Positions 1-9,801 of a DNA stretch of 64,000 bases are shown here, one piece after another. Position numbers and translations under genes: made by a program. The notes below the pieces were generated by a model. It did no database searches and was not told where the DNA came from. It was given only the letters and a program-made list of their open reading frames with translations. This stretch comes from Planctomycetota bacterium (lineage in GTDB: Bacteria > Planctomycetota > UBA1135 > UBA2386): assembly GCA_046290465.1 (NCBI GenBank), contig JBKAGP010000001.1:1056001-1120000 (forward strand), written 5' to 3'. Within the stretch, counting starts at the first letter, position 1; the number at the start of each line of letters is the position of its first letter.

Positions 1-501
1 CGACCCGACGGCCGCTTGCTGGTGGGCGGCAACTTCCTGTTCGTCGGCGCTCTGCCGAGTCCGCTGTTTGCGTCGCTCGAGCCTTCGTGCCCGGCACCTG
101 CCGAAGAATACGGCGCCGGCTGCAATGGCAGCGTCGGCCCGGTGACGCTCACGACGATCGAACGCGCATGGACCGGCGGCTCCCTTCGCGCGGTCGCGGA
201 CGGCCTGCCGCCGCTGTCGATCTGCCTCGCCGTCTACGGCACCCAGACGGCTGCGCTGCCGTTGCCGACGGTGGCGCCGTTCGGGGCGAGCGGCTGCCAA
301 CTGCTCAGCACGGCCGACATCTTGATCGACGCGCTGCTGGGCAGCGGCTCGCTGACCACCGCCGTCGCGATCCCGAACTCGGCTTCCCTGGTCGGTGCGC
401 AGTTCCACCATCAGGTGGCGCCGCTCGAACTGGACGCGAACGGCAGCATCGTCGAGCTGACCAGCAGCAACGGCGTGCGCGCGACGATCGGCAGCTTCTG
501 A
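1..501 (+). CDS. 5'-truncated protein: end of a beta-propeller-like repeat followed by the shared C-terminal domain (CTD)
   Basis: Frame is open from base 1 (RPDGRLLVGGNF). Ends with YGAGC...GASGCQLL...AIPNSASLVG..FHHQ...SSNG. Confidence 0.8.
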   Translation, partial: RPDGRLLVGGNFLFVGALPSPLFASLEPSCPAPAEEYGAGCNGSVGPVTLTTIERAWTGGSLRAVADGLPPLSICLAVYGTQTAALPLPTVAPFGASGCQLLSTADILIDALLGSGSLTTAVAIPNSASLVGAQFHHQVAPLELDANGSIVELTSSNGVRATIGSF

Positions 502-551
502 TCGCACGACGCACATCCCTGACAGAGCCCCCTATCGATGCCCCTCTATCG

Positions 552-2711
552 ATGACGATGTCGATGCACCACACGCTCCGCGTTCTCACCACCCTCGCCT
601 GCGCGGTCGCGCTCGCCCACGCACAGGACCACCACCGCGGTTGGGGATCCATGACCGTCGACTCCCGCTGGCACGATCGCACCGACCACGTCGCCGTCGT
701 CGCGCGCAACAGCCGCACGACCGTGCTGCGCGCCAACGGCACGATCGAGCAGATCGGCTTCGTCGCAAACCCGGTGCCGGCGCCGCCGCCCGGCCTCACG
801 TTCACGCAGGTCGCCGACTCCGGCACCCAGCTGGTCGCGCTGCGCTCCGACGGGGCCCTGACGACGTCGCCGGCCTCCGCCTACGTGCCGACGCTGCCCG
901 CCGGCCTGACGTGGACGCAGGTCGACGGCCGGAGCGGGCGCTTCCTCGCGCGCCGCAGCGACGGCGCGCTGGCGTTCTGGAACTCCAATGGCCCACTGTC
1001 GCTGCCACCGGTCGCGCTCGCCCAGCCCGTCGTGCAGGTTGCCGTCGGCGACGGTTTCCAGCTGATCCGCTGGCCGAACGGCTTCGTCATCGGCTGGGGC
1101 ACGATCACCGCACCGCCACCCCTGCCCGGCGAGACCTGGGTCGACATGGCCGCCGGCGGCTCCCACGCGCTTCTCCTGAGTTCTGCTGGCGAGATCTTCG
1201 CGCTCGGCGACAACTCGGTCGGCCAGGGCGACGCGCCGCCGCTGCCAACGGGCATGACCTACACCGACGTCTGGGCGGGCAGCAACCACAGCTTCGCGCT
1301 GCGCTCGGACGGCGCGCTGCTCGGCTTCGGCGACAACGGCTCGGGCCAACTCGACGTGCCGCCCGCAGTCACGGCGACCGGGATCGCCTCGCTGTCGGCG
1401 AGCTCGATGCACACGGCCGCCGTGCTCAACGACGGCCGCATCCTGGCGTGGGGCCGCAACCGCTCCGGGCAGTGCAACATTCCGGCGCTACCGCCGGGCG
1501 CGACCTACGAGTCGTTCGACACCGAGGACGACGTCGTGCTGGCGCTGCGCAGCGACGGGCAGCTGGTGCACTGGGGCGAACGCACCAGCGACGGCCTCGA
1601 CCAGATCCTGCCGCTGCCCGCCGGTCTCACCTACACCGACGTCGCGATCGGCGACCGGCACGTGGTCGCGACGCGCTCGGACGGCTCGGTCGTCGCGTGG
1701 GGCAACAACGCACAGGGGCAGCTCAACGTGCCGGCGCTACCGACCGGCGTGACCTACGACCTGGTGACCGCCGGCGACCACGCGTCGCTCGCGCTGCGCT
1801 CCGACGGCACGATCACGTTCTGGGGCGCCGTCGGCGACCCGCTGACTTCGCCGCCGACGCCGGCCCCGGGCACCCGCTTCGTCGCGGTGAGCGCCGGCAG
1901 AAGGCACGCCGTCGCGCTGCGCGACGACGGCGTCGTGGTCGCCTGGGGCGACAGCTCCGACGGCAAGCTCAACGTGCCGTCCTTGCCCGCAGGGGCCGCC
2001 TACGCGCGCATCGCCTGCGGCCAGGACCACTCGCTCGCGTGGCGCACCGACGGCGAGGTGGTCGCGTGGGGCGCGAACTTCTTCGGGCAGTCGACGGTGC
2101 CGGCGCTGCCGGCCGGCGTGACCTACACGGCGATCAGCGCCGACAAGCTCGGCAGCGCGGCGGTCCGGACCGACGGCATGCTGCGCGTCTGGGGCAACAA
2201 CCAGTTCGGCCAGCTCGACGTGCCGCAGCTCGCCGCCGGCGAGGTCTACGCCGACGTGCTCGCGGGCGACACCTGGATGCTGGGGCGCGTCAGCGCGTTC
2301 GGCAGCTACGCGTCGATCGGCGCGGGCTGCGCGGGCAGCCAGCCGCCGTCCGTCATCGTGCCGTTCGAGAACCCGCGCATCGGCCGCACCCTGGCGCACT
2401 CCGTGCGCGGCCTGCCGGCGAACTTCGCGCTGCTGCTCACGGGCTGGAGCGCGGCGACCTCGTCGCTCGGCCCGCTGCCGCTGCCCACCGACCCGTTGGG
2501 CATGCCGGGCTGCACGCTCTACACCAGCGCCGACGTGCTCGAGCTGGTCTCCGGCACCTCGGGCACGGCGACCTGGACCGCCGCGCTGCCCGCGGTGACG
2601 TCGCTGATCGGACAGTCGTTCCATCAGCAGGCGCTGGTCGTGGACCCCGGCGCCGGCAACGCCCTGCAGGCGGTCCTCTCAAGAGCCTACACGGCGACGA
2701 TCGGCGGCTAG
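552..2711 (+). CDS. Secreted RCC1/BLIP-II-like repeat protein with CTD
   Basis: ATG at 552, 558 or 564. Signal peptide ALAHA|Q. Many H-x-x-ALRSDG-x-x-x-x-WG-x-N-x-x-GQ repeats. CTD begins IGAGC...LGMPGCTL. Confidence 0.85.
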   Translation: MTMSMHHTLRVLTTLACAVALAHAQDHHRGWGSMTVDSRWHDRTDHVAVVARNSRTTVLRANGTIEQIGFVANPVPAPPPGLTFTQVADSGTQLVALRSDGALTTSPASAYVPTLPAGLTWTQVDGRSGRFLARRSDGALAFWNSNGPLSLPPVALAQPVVQVAVGDGFQLIRWPNGFVIGWGTITAPPPLPGETWVDMAAGGSHALLLSSAGEIFALGDNSVGQGDAPPLPTGMTYTDVWAGSNHSFALRSDGALLGFGDNGSGQLDVPPAVTATGIASLSASSMHTAAVLNDGRILAWGRNRSGQCNIPALPPGATYESFDTEDDVVLALRSDGQLVHWGERTSDGLDQILPLPAGLTYTDVAIGDRHVVATRSDGSVVAWGNNAQGQLNVPALPTGVTYDLVTAGDHASLALRSDGTITFWGAVGDPLTSPPTPAPGTRFVAVSAGRRHAVALRDDGVVVAWGDSSDGKLNVPSLPAGAAYARIACGQDHSLAWRTDGEVVAWGANFFGQSTVPALPAGVTYTAISADKLGSAAVRTDGMLRVWGNNQFGQLDVPQLAAGEVYADVLAGDTWMLGRVSAFGSYASIGAGCAGSQPPSVIVPFENPRIGRTLAHSVRGLPANFALLLTGWSAATSSLGPLPLPTDPLGMPGCTLYTSADVLELVSGTSGTATWTAALPAVTSLIGQSFHQQALVVDPGAGNALQAVLSRAYTATIGG

Positions 2712-2794
2712 GAGCGCGTCCATGTAGTGGACGCGCTGCCGACCGTGATCGCGGAAGCGGCGTGTACGCGTGCGGACGGGGCTTTGCCCGCTAA
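2708..2794. repeat. 87-bp dispersed repeat, copy 1 (MITE/REP-like)
   Basis: Matches 23399-23485 with 8 mismatches. Hairpin agcgcgtcca-N5-tggacgcgct. Bounded by ctag...ctaa. Confidence 0.85.
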
Positions 2795-3084
2795 CTGTGC
2801 AGACGAGGGACGTTGGTCCATCGAGTAGAAGTCGAGCCTTCGGTCTGCCGAGTGACCAAGATCCACGGTCTTCCCAGCTGGCTTGCGAGACCGTTCTGGC
2901 GGCGAGTAGCGCATCTCGACCGCGGAGCGCTGCAGTTGCACACCCGACCACGGAGCATCGGCGCGGGCAGCACCCACCGCGCCCGACCATCCACGGCCCC
3001 GGTCGCGCCCGAGGGGCTTTACGGCCCACACGCGCCCCCTACGCTGCTCCCGTCCACTACCGGACTTCGAAGGAAGAAGAGAAC

Positions 3085-4392
3085 ATGCCCAGCCTGCGTC
3101 CGTTCGCCATCCCTTTGCTCCTCGCGAGCACCGCCATCGCGCAGATCCCAGCCGGCCACTACGTGGTCAGCTCCCTGCGAACCAGCGCCAGCGGCACGGG
3201 CGGCCTGACCATCGTGCACCCGACCGGCGCGGTAGCGCCGCAGCCGATCACCGGCCTGCCGCCCGCACTGGCTGGAGCCGGCAGCGCCAACACGTCCGGC
3301 GCCAACAGCGTTCTCGATGCGAAGGACGGATTCCTGCTCGCCGGCAACCTCTCCAGCACCGGGACGCCCGTCAATCTCTACGAGCTCGTGGTCGTCAATG
3401 GCGTCGTCGTCTTCAGCCAGACCACCAACGTCGGCATCGGCGGCAACCGCGCAGAATCGCCGACCGTCAACCAGATGGCGCTGCTGTCCAACGGCAACGT
3501 CGTGTTCTCGGTCCTCAACATCGACCCGGCTGGCCCACTCGGCGGCCAATCGATCGGCTTGTGGGATCGCAGCACGGCAACGGTGACGGGCATCCCCATT
3601 CCGATGCCGACCGGATGGATCAACGGCCTCACGGTCGACGAGGCCAACAGCACGATCTACTTCGGCATGTGGTCGGCCAACGACATCTACTCGGCGCCGA
3701 TCACGGGCGGCAACCCGACGCTCGTCACCTCGGTGCCCGGCAACTTCTGGAACCTCACGCGCGACCAGGACGGCAACCTGCTCGCCGCCGCCGGTTCGAA
3801 CCTCTATCGCATCGATCCGCAGACGGGCCAGACGCTCGAGACGATCCCGAGCGGCGCCGGCAACCTGCTCGGCATCTCGATCGAACGACCGACCGCCGAT
3901 CCCATCGGCTGCGCCGGCAACAGTGCCGGCGGCCAGGTCGTGCGGCTGCAGGCGAGCGGCGCGCAGACCATCGGCCCGATCACCGGACTGGTCTCGGGCA
4001 TCACGGTGGTCGACAGCGTGCTCGAATACGGCACCGCCACACCCGGGAGCACGGACTACGCGTTCCGCACGTTCCCCGGCGTCGGTGGCCTGCCAGTTGC
4101 CGGCAACGCGAACCACGCCGTCCAGATCGACGCGGCCAACGGCAACACCAACCTCGGCGTCCTGGCGGCGAACTTCGGTTCGGCCTCCCTGCCCCTGCTC
4201 GGCTTCCAACTGCTGGTCGACCCCGCCGGTGCGGTCGCGCTCGGACCGTTCCCTGCCGGCTCGCCGATTCCGTTCGCGCTGCCGCCCGGACTGCCGCAGA
4301 CCAGCGTCTTCCTGCAGTCGATCCACCTCGATGCAGGTGCGCCTCAGGGCTTCGCTGCATCGCGCGGCCTGAACCTCACGACGATCGAGTGA
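3085..4392 (+). CDS. Secreted beta-propeller-like protein with a Cys-less CTD variant
   Basis: Purine-rich RBS (aggaag) before the ATG. Signal peptide STAIA|Q. Beta-rich repeats. C-terminus LLVDP...PFALP...FLQ...ASRGL. Confidence 0.8.
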   Translation: MPSLRPFAIPLLLASTAIAQIPAGHYVVSSLRTSASGTGGLTIVHPTGAVAPQPITGLPPALAGAGSANTSGANSVLDAKDGFLLAGNLSSTGTPVNLYELVVVNGVVVFSQTTNVGIGGNRAESPTVNQMALLSNGNVVFSVLNIDPAGPLGGQSIGLWDRSTATVTGIPIPMPTGWINGLTVDEANSTIYFGMWSANDIYSAPITGGNPTLVTSVPGNFWNLTRDQDGNLLAAAGSNLYRIDPQTGQTLETIPSGAGNLLGISIERPTADPIGCAGNSAGGQVVRLQASGAQTIGPITGLVSGITVVDSVLEYGTATPGSTDYAFRTFPGVGGLPVAGNANHAVQIDAANGNTNLGVLAANFGSASLPLLGFQLLVDPAGAVALGPFPAGSPIPFALPPGLPQTSVFLQSIHLDAGAPQGFAASRGLNLTTIE

Positions 4393-4478
4393 CGGCTCCG
4401 CCCCACCGGCGCACACGGCTGGCAGCTGATCGCCGAGCAGCCCCACGGGCATCGTCGACGGTCGCTATGCTCGCCTCG

Positions 4479-6260
4479 ATGAGGGTCCTGCTGCCATCGC
4501 TCCTGCTGCTCGGCCTGCTCCAGCCGGCGGCCGCACAATCCGAACGCGAACCGTTGCGCGGCACCGCGACGCTCGCCGACGGCACACCATGGGCTGGCGC
4601 GACCGTGCACCTGTTGACGCGCCCGATCGCCAACAGCGAACGCATCGGCAAGCCCGACCAACGAACCGCGACGACCGACGCACGCGGCCGCTTCCGCGCG
4701 TCCCTGTTGGTGGGCCGCTCGTACGTCGCCTGGGCCACCGAAGAACTCGACGGCGGCTCGGTGCGCATCTCGGAGGCCCGCGAACGCGTGCTCGCCGGCC
4801 AGCCGCTGCAGCTGGCCGCGAACTCGGAACGGCGGCCCGTGCGGCTGACGTTCGAAGGCCTCGACGTCTGGCGGCAGCAGGGCCGCGTCTCGGCGTCCTG
4901 CTTCTCGACCACGCTGCCGGTGATCGCCACCACCACCGCGCTCGAGGGCGACGATTGGCGCGTGCCGGTGCTGCCCGGCAGGATCGGCTACCTCGAACTG
5001 CGGTGCGACGGCGTGCCGCTGCTGCCGTGGCCACGGCAGGTGTCGCTGACCCAGGATGGCGCGCGCGCGATCCGGGTGGCGCCCCCGCGCCGCGTGCTGG
5101 TCGAGGTCCTCGACGGCAACGGCGACCCGGTCGCCGACGCCGAACTGGCCCTGGTGACCTCCAACCGCTTCGAGTTGCGCGGCAACGAGGCGCACCTCGG
5201 CCGCACCGATGTCGACGGCCGCGCCGTCGTCACCGTGCCGATGCGCTCGACGCGACCGTTCCGATGGGTCAACTACGGCTTCGGCGTGCGCGCTGCCGAG
5301 CACGCCCCGATCGCCAACCTCTCGCGCGTCGAAGTCGCCACCGATCACGACCCCGACGGCGACGAGCCGGCCATCTCGATCCAGCTGCCAGCCGGCTCGA
5401 CGCATCGCGTGCGGGTGCACCACGACGGCACCCCGCAGCGCGGCGACGTGCTGGTCTCGAGCGAGCCGACCTCGGTCGGCGGCATCGGCCGGTTGAACTT
5501 CCATGCACCGCTGCGCCTGCAGACGACCGATGCAGACGGCCACCTGCGCGTGCTGCGCTGCAGCGACCGCCGCGCGATGCTGCTGCTCGCGACCGAGGAT
5601 CTGCCGAACGGCGCCACCCGAGCGCGCAACGTGCATCCGGTCGCGCTCGCGGGCGTGATCGGGATCGAGGAAGCGCGCGAGGAGCTCGACATCGACCTGG
5701 CCAGGCTGCGTCGCGTGACCGTCGCGGTGACGCGCGAGCAGGTCCCCGTCGACGCAGCGCGACTGGCCGTCGTCATCGGAACGGGCCGCAGCGTGGCATG
5801 CGCCCTGTACGACGTGCTGACCGATCGCACCGGCCGCGTCACCCTGGTGCTGCCACGCGGCCAGGCCCTGCACCTGGTCGCGTGGACCGACCGCGCCGTG
5901 GCACACCTCGCGGAGTTCGACGCCAGTGACGCCGATCACGTGCAGCTCGAGCTGGCATCGGTGCCGCTGCTGCGCGGCACGTTGGCCGGCGTCGACGGCA
6001 AGCCGGTCGCCCACGCCGGCCTGCGCAGCGTGGTCTTCGGCCAGACGGACGACGCCTCCCACATCCTCGGCTGCGCCATGCAACGGGTCGAAGCGACCAC
6101 CGCAGAAGACGGCAGCTTCGTGATGCCGCTGTTCTCCGGCGTGCACTACCTCGGCGTTCGCCGCATCGGCGACAACAGCGGCCCCAGGCTGCACGATGGC
6201 TGGGTCGTCGGCAGCGACGAACCACGCACGCTGCAGCTCGAGATGCCGAAACCGCGGTGA
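4479..6260 (+). CDS. Secreted carboxypeptidase-regulatory-like (prealbumin-fold) repeat protein
   Basis: Signal peptide PAAA|Q. Repeated G-x-x-x-x-x-DG-x-P-x-AGA-x-V and TD-x-x-GR motifs. Confidence 0.75.
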   Translation: MRVLLPSLLLLGLLQPAAAQSEREPLRGTATLADGTPWAGATVHLLTRPIANSERIGKPDQRTATTDARGRFRASLLVGRSYVAWATEELDGGSVRISEARERVLAGQPLQLAANSERRPVRLTFEGLDVWRQQGRVSASCFSTTLPVIATTTALEGDDWRVPVLPGRIGYLELRCDGVPLLPWPRQVSLTQDGARAIRVAPPRRVLVEVLDGNGDPVADAELALVTSNRFELRGNEAHLGRTDVDGRAVVTVPMRSTRPFRWVNYGFGVRAAEHAPIANLSRVEVATDHDPDGDEPAISIQLPAGSTHRVRVHHDGTPQRGDVLVSSEPTSVGGIGRLNFHAPLRLQTTDADGHLRVLRCSDRRAMLLLATEDLPNGATRARNVHPVALAGVIGIEEAREELDIDLARLRRVTVAVTREQVPVDAARLAVVIGTGRSVACALYDVLTDRTGRVTLVLPRGQALHLVAWTDRAVAHLAEFDASDADHVQLELASVPLLRGTLAGVDGKPVAHAGLRSVVFGQTDDASHILGCAMQRVEATTAEDGSFVMPLFSGVHYLGVRRIGDNSGPRLHDGWVVGSDEPRTLQLEMPKPR

Positions 6261-6267
6261 GCCGCCG

Positions 6268-6930
6268 TCATTCGACGGCCAGCGAGCCGTGCGCGACCAG
6301 CACGTCGTGCACGACGTCGGCGAAGCGATCGCGCGCGGCGATCAGCTCGAGCACGAACACGACGTCGCCGAGGCGACGCGTGACGACCCGCCCGTAGCGG
6401 TCGCCGCCGTCCGCGGCGTCGCGCCAGCGCACCAACACGTCGCCGTCGACGTCCGCGCCCGAACGCATCGGTCGACTCGACAGCTTCTCGCAGCCGCGCT
6501 GGCTCAGCCAGGCATCGAGCCAGTCCGGCAGCGCCGCCTGCTCCGGCACGGCCTGCACATGCAGGGCGAGCCGCGCTTCGTCGCGGTCGTCTGGCAGCAG
6601 ATCCCAACAGCAGCGACCGACGGCCGCCGCCGGGAGCGGCCGCACTCCGACGCGCAATCGCAGCCGCAGAGGCCAGGACGGCTGCCCCGCGCCGAGCGTG
6701 ATCACCGCCGAGACGAACGCGTAACCGCGCTCGATCTGCTCGGGCGACAGGCCATGCGTGCTCGGGAACGGCAGCATCGGGGCCCGCTGGACGCGGTGCA
6801 GCCAGCCGACCAGCTGCGCATCGTAGCCATCGCCTTCGGGGTCGGTCTCGATGATGACGATCGCCTCGGACAGGTCGATGGGCTCGTCGTCGCTCGACGC
6901 GTCGGGGGCTGGTTCGGGGTCAGGGGGCAT
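6268..6930 (-). CDS. Hypothetical protein
   Basis: Protein-like composition from ATG 6930 (MPPDPEPAP...). Converges on the preceding gene. Confidence 0.6.
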   Translation of the reverse strand: MPPDPEPAPDASSDDEPIDLSEAIVIIETDPEGDGYDAQLVGWLHRVQRAPMLPFPSTHGLSPEQIERGYAFVSAVITLGAGQPSWPLRLRLRVGVRPLPAAAVGRCCWDLLPDDRDEARLALHVQAVPEQAALPDWLDAWLSQRGCEKLSSRPMRSGADVDGDVLVRWRDAADGGDRYGRVVTRRLGDVVFVLELIAARDRFADVVHDVLVAHGSLAVE

Positions 6931-7033
6931 CGACGGACTGCGGGCCTCGGCCCGGCCCGAGATTGTGCCATCGAAGCCCGTGTTCCGCTGCCCTTTCGGC
7001 TGATCCGCAACGTTCGCAGCACAGCCGGCGATC

Positions 7034-7324
7034 GTGCCCGGCCCGCAGACGGACGTTGCGATGTATGGCCCGGCCCGCGGTCCGACTGGATCGTGTGAGG
7101 TGGCGCCGGTGCGCGCCGACGGCACGTTCCGCATTCGTGCGCCTGCCGGCGAGAACCGCATCTACCTGCGCGGCCAGCCAGACGGCTACGGCTCCGCGTC
7201 GGAGGTCGTGCGCGTGATCGAGGGCGAACAGGTCCAAGTGGTCTGGAAGCTCGGCAAGCCGAAGATGCGGAAGCGCGCCGCACCGCGCGGCGGCGGCATC
7301 GGCCTCGGCCAGCTGCCCGGGTGA
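7034..7324 (+). pseudogene. Probable C-terminal remnant of a carboxypeptidase-regulatory-like protein
   Basis: VRADGTFRIRAPAGENRIYL...VRVIEGEQVQV resembles a single prealbumin-like repeat. In-frame stop just upstream and no signal peptide. Confidence 0.4.
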
Positions 7325-7414
7325 GCGGCTGCGCGGGTGAGCGGCGGGCCGGCGCAGCCGCCGCGACGCCACCACCGCGCAACCCTGGTGAGGAGTCCGG
7401 GCCCCCGCGGCTTT

Positions 7415-7429
7415 GCAGGCCGCGTGCCA
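7415..7429 (-). promoter_or_regulatory. sigma54-like -24/-12 motif
   Basis: TGGCACGCGGCCTGC (GG-N10-GC) on the minus strand. Target gene unclear. Confidence 0.35.
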
Positions 7430-7636
7430 GCCGATCCCGGGCTTGGTCGGGGTTGGAGCTGCTGACACAAGGCGCGGCACGGCCACGCCTTGCAAGCTCG
7501 TGCCTGCGGTTCGTCGCGGCGATCCCGGCCGCAAAACAGGCAATCGATGTCCAGCGGCTCGCTGTCGAGGCACTGACGGAGGGAGGCGGAACGGGCTGCG
7601 GATGCCCGGGCCGCCGACCATTCCCGAGATCCCCCC

Positions 7637-9790
7637 ATGCGCGAACGACTTCTGTTGGTTCCTCTCGCGGTGTTGCTGTGCTTCGTCGACGTCGTTGGCC
7701 AGGCGCCTGCGACCGCCGACGCAATCCAGCGCGCCATCGCGGCCGCAACGATGGTGCCGCTGCACACCCATCCGTCCGTCGCCGGCCAGCCGGACTACGG
7801 CTGGTGGGCCGGCGGTCCATCGTGGAAGGCGTCGTTCCACGACGGCCTCGCCTTCTATCCGTATCGCGGCAGCGAACGCGAACGGGTGCAGTTGCACTGG
7901 CGCACGGCGTCGATCACGGCGGGCGGCGAGGCGCTGCCGCTCGACGCGTGCGGCTCGTCGCAGACCGACGATTGCTACCAGACGCACTACCCGGGCGTGA
8001 CCGAGCTGTACGAGCTGAGCGAGCATGGCGTCGAACAGAAGTTCGTGTTCGATCGCCGGCCGGCACGGCCTGGCGCGATCGTGGTCACCGGTCGGCTGTC
8101 CGGCGACTTCGAGGTCGACTCGCGCACGGCGCGACACGAAGAACTGCTGTTCTGCGTCGACGGCGAACCGACGGTGCGCTACGGCAAGGCCTTTGCGATC
8201 GGCGCCGACGGCCGCCGGGTCGCGGTGCCGGCGAGCGTCGACGGCGACCTGCTGCGGCTGCACGTGCCGGCCGAGTTCGTCGCGGCGGCGCGCTTCCCGC
8301 TGACCATCGACCCGCTGATCGGCAACGCGCTGATCAACTCCAACTTCAACGCCTCGCCCGCGACCACGGTCGAGGTCGCGTGTTCGACCGAACTCGACCA
8401 GATGGTCGTCTCGTTCGTGCGCCAGTTCTCGCTGTTCGACCGGGATGCGTTCTCGCTGGTCGGCAAGCAGGACTTCACCGGGTTCACGTACCACTGGATC
8501 GAGAACAGCGCCAGCTACGGCGTCTCCGACCTCGACGTCGCCTACTGCCAGGGCCAACGCTCGTACGTGATCGCGTCCTATCGCGTGTCCGCGTTCGTGA
8601 CGATCCCGTTCGTCTACGTGCAGCGCGACGACCAGATGCAGAACAACGCCGGCACCACCACGCTGATCTCGACGCCGGTGGCGGGCTACTCGTGGACCGA
8701 GCCGTCGGTCGGCGGCGGCTACGGCACCTGCGGCAAGGCGCTCGCAGCCTGGAAACGGACCGGCTCCTCCCCCACGCAGATCGCGTGCTGCGTCGTCGAC
8801 TGCGCCAACCCTTCGGCCGTGCCGGCGTGGTTCGATCCGCACGGCGTGTCGACGCTCGACGACAGCGACCAGCCGGACGTGATGCCGATGACCAGGGACG
8901 GCTTGCCGTGGCGCGTCGTGTGGCGCAGCGAGGTCGGCGGGATCCACGAGATCCGCGCCGCCACCGTGTCGCAGTCGGGCAGCAGCCTGGGGTTCGTCGG
9001 CTACGACGGCACGGTCGCCGAGCTCGAGGCGCCACAGATCGCCGGCAGCTACGACGCCAGCGGCACGCTGCGCCAGGTGATGGTCTGGCAGCGCAACTCG
9101 TTGCTGCTCGACGCCGTGCGCGCCTACGACTTCTCGCTCAACCTGCCGATCCGAACCATCGCCAGCGGCCCGTCCCTGAGCCTGCGCGACGTGGTCGCCG
9201 ATCACCTCACCGGTTCGAACTTCCTGATGGCGTATTCGACCGTGCTCGGGCTCGTGCCGGAGATCTACGTCGCTCGCCTCGGCGGCACCGGGGAGGTCGT
9301 CGATTCAGAAGTGCTCGGTCCGTACGGCAGTGTCGGCATGTGCTTCGAGACCACCGGCGCACCGGACTTCCTGTTCGCCTACGACGACACCGGGCCGCTG
9401 CGGCAGATCCGCGGCGCGACGTTCGTGTATCCGGCCGACGCCGAGTCGGTGCCGTACGGCGCCGGTTGCGCGACGTCGACGCTGTCGGCGCCGTATCCGT
9501 TTGCTGGCAACCACAACTTCGCGGTCCACGTCGGCGGCCTCGCCCCCAACACCCTGCTGATCCTGGCGGCCGGCGTCGCGACCGCCAACGCCTCCCTGCA
9601 ACCGCTCGGCATCCCGTGCCCGCTGCTGGTGTCGCCAGTGGCGACCTTCGGCGCGGTCGGCGGCAGCAACGGCGCGACGTTCCCGATCCCGCTGCCGGAC
9701 GATCCGGCGTTCCTCGGCGACCTCTACGTGCAGGCGATCCTGCCGTTCGACATGCAGGCGACCGAGGGCCTGCGCATCCAGGTCAGGTAG
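7637..9790 (+). CDS. Secreted multidomain protein with CTD, paralog 1
   Basis: Signal peptide. N-terminal domain GVEQKF...VRYG...FPLTIDP is of the type seen before FG-GAP/SBBP propellers. CTD YGAGC...GIPCPLLV...PIPLP...YVQA. Confidence 0.85.
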   Translation: MRERLLLVPLAVLLCFVDVVGQAPATADAIQRAIAAATMVPLHTHPSVAGQPDYGWWAGGPSWKASFHDGLAFYPYRGSERERVQLHWRTASITAGGEALPLDACGSSQTDDCYQTHYPGVTELYELSEHGVEQKFVFDRRPARPGAIVVTGRLSGDFEVDSRTARHEELLFCVDGEPTVRYGKAFAIGADGRRVAVPASVDGDLLRLHVPAEFVAAARFPLTIDPLIGNALINSNFNASPATTVEVACSTELDQMVVSFVRQFSLFDRDAFSLVGKQDFTGFTYHWIENSASYGVSDLDVAYCQGQRSYVIASYRVSAFVTIPFVYVQRDDQMQNNAGTTTLISTPVAGYSWTEPSVGGGYGTCGKALAAWKRTGSSPTQIACCVVDCANPSAVPAWFDPHGVSTLDDSDQPDVMPMTRDGLPWRVVWRSEVGGIHEIRAATVSQSGSSLGFVGYDGTVAELEAPQIAGSYDASGTLRQVMVWQRNSLLLDAVRAYDFSLNLPIRTIASGPSLSLRDVVADHLTGSNFLMAYSTVLGLVPEIYVARLGGTGEVVDSEVLGPYGSVGMCFETTGAPDFLFAYDDTGPLRQIRGATFVYPADAESVPYGAGCATSTLSAPYPFAGNHNFAVHVGGLAPNTLLILAAGVATANASLQPLGIPCPLLVSPVATFGAVGGSNGATFPIPLPDDPAFLGDLYVQAILPFDMQATEGLRIQVR

Positions 9791-9801
9791 CTGCGATCCC
9801 C

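Noticed and set aside
7321..9801. 5' extension making the 1545-aa ORF 7321..11958
   Set aside because: Arg-rich off-frame shadow of the real gene 7637-9790. The true start is 9802, where a signal peptide begins.
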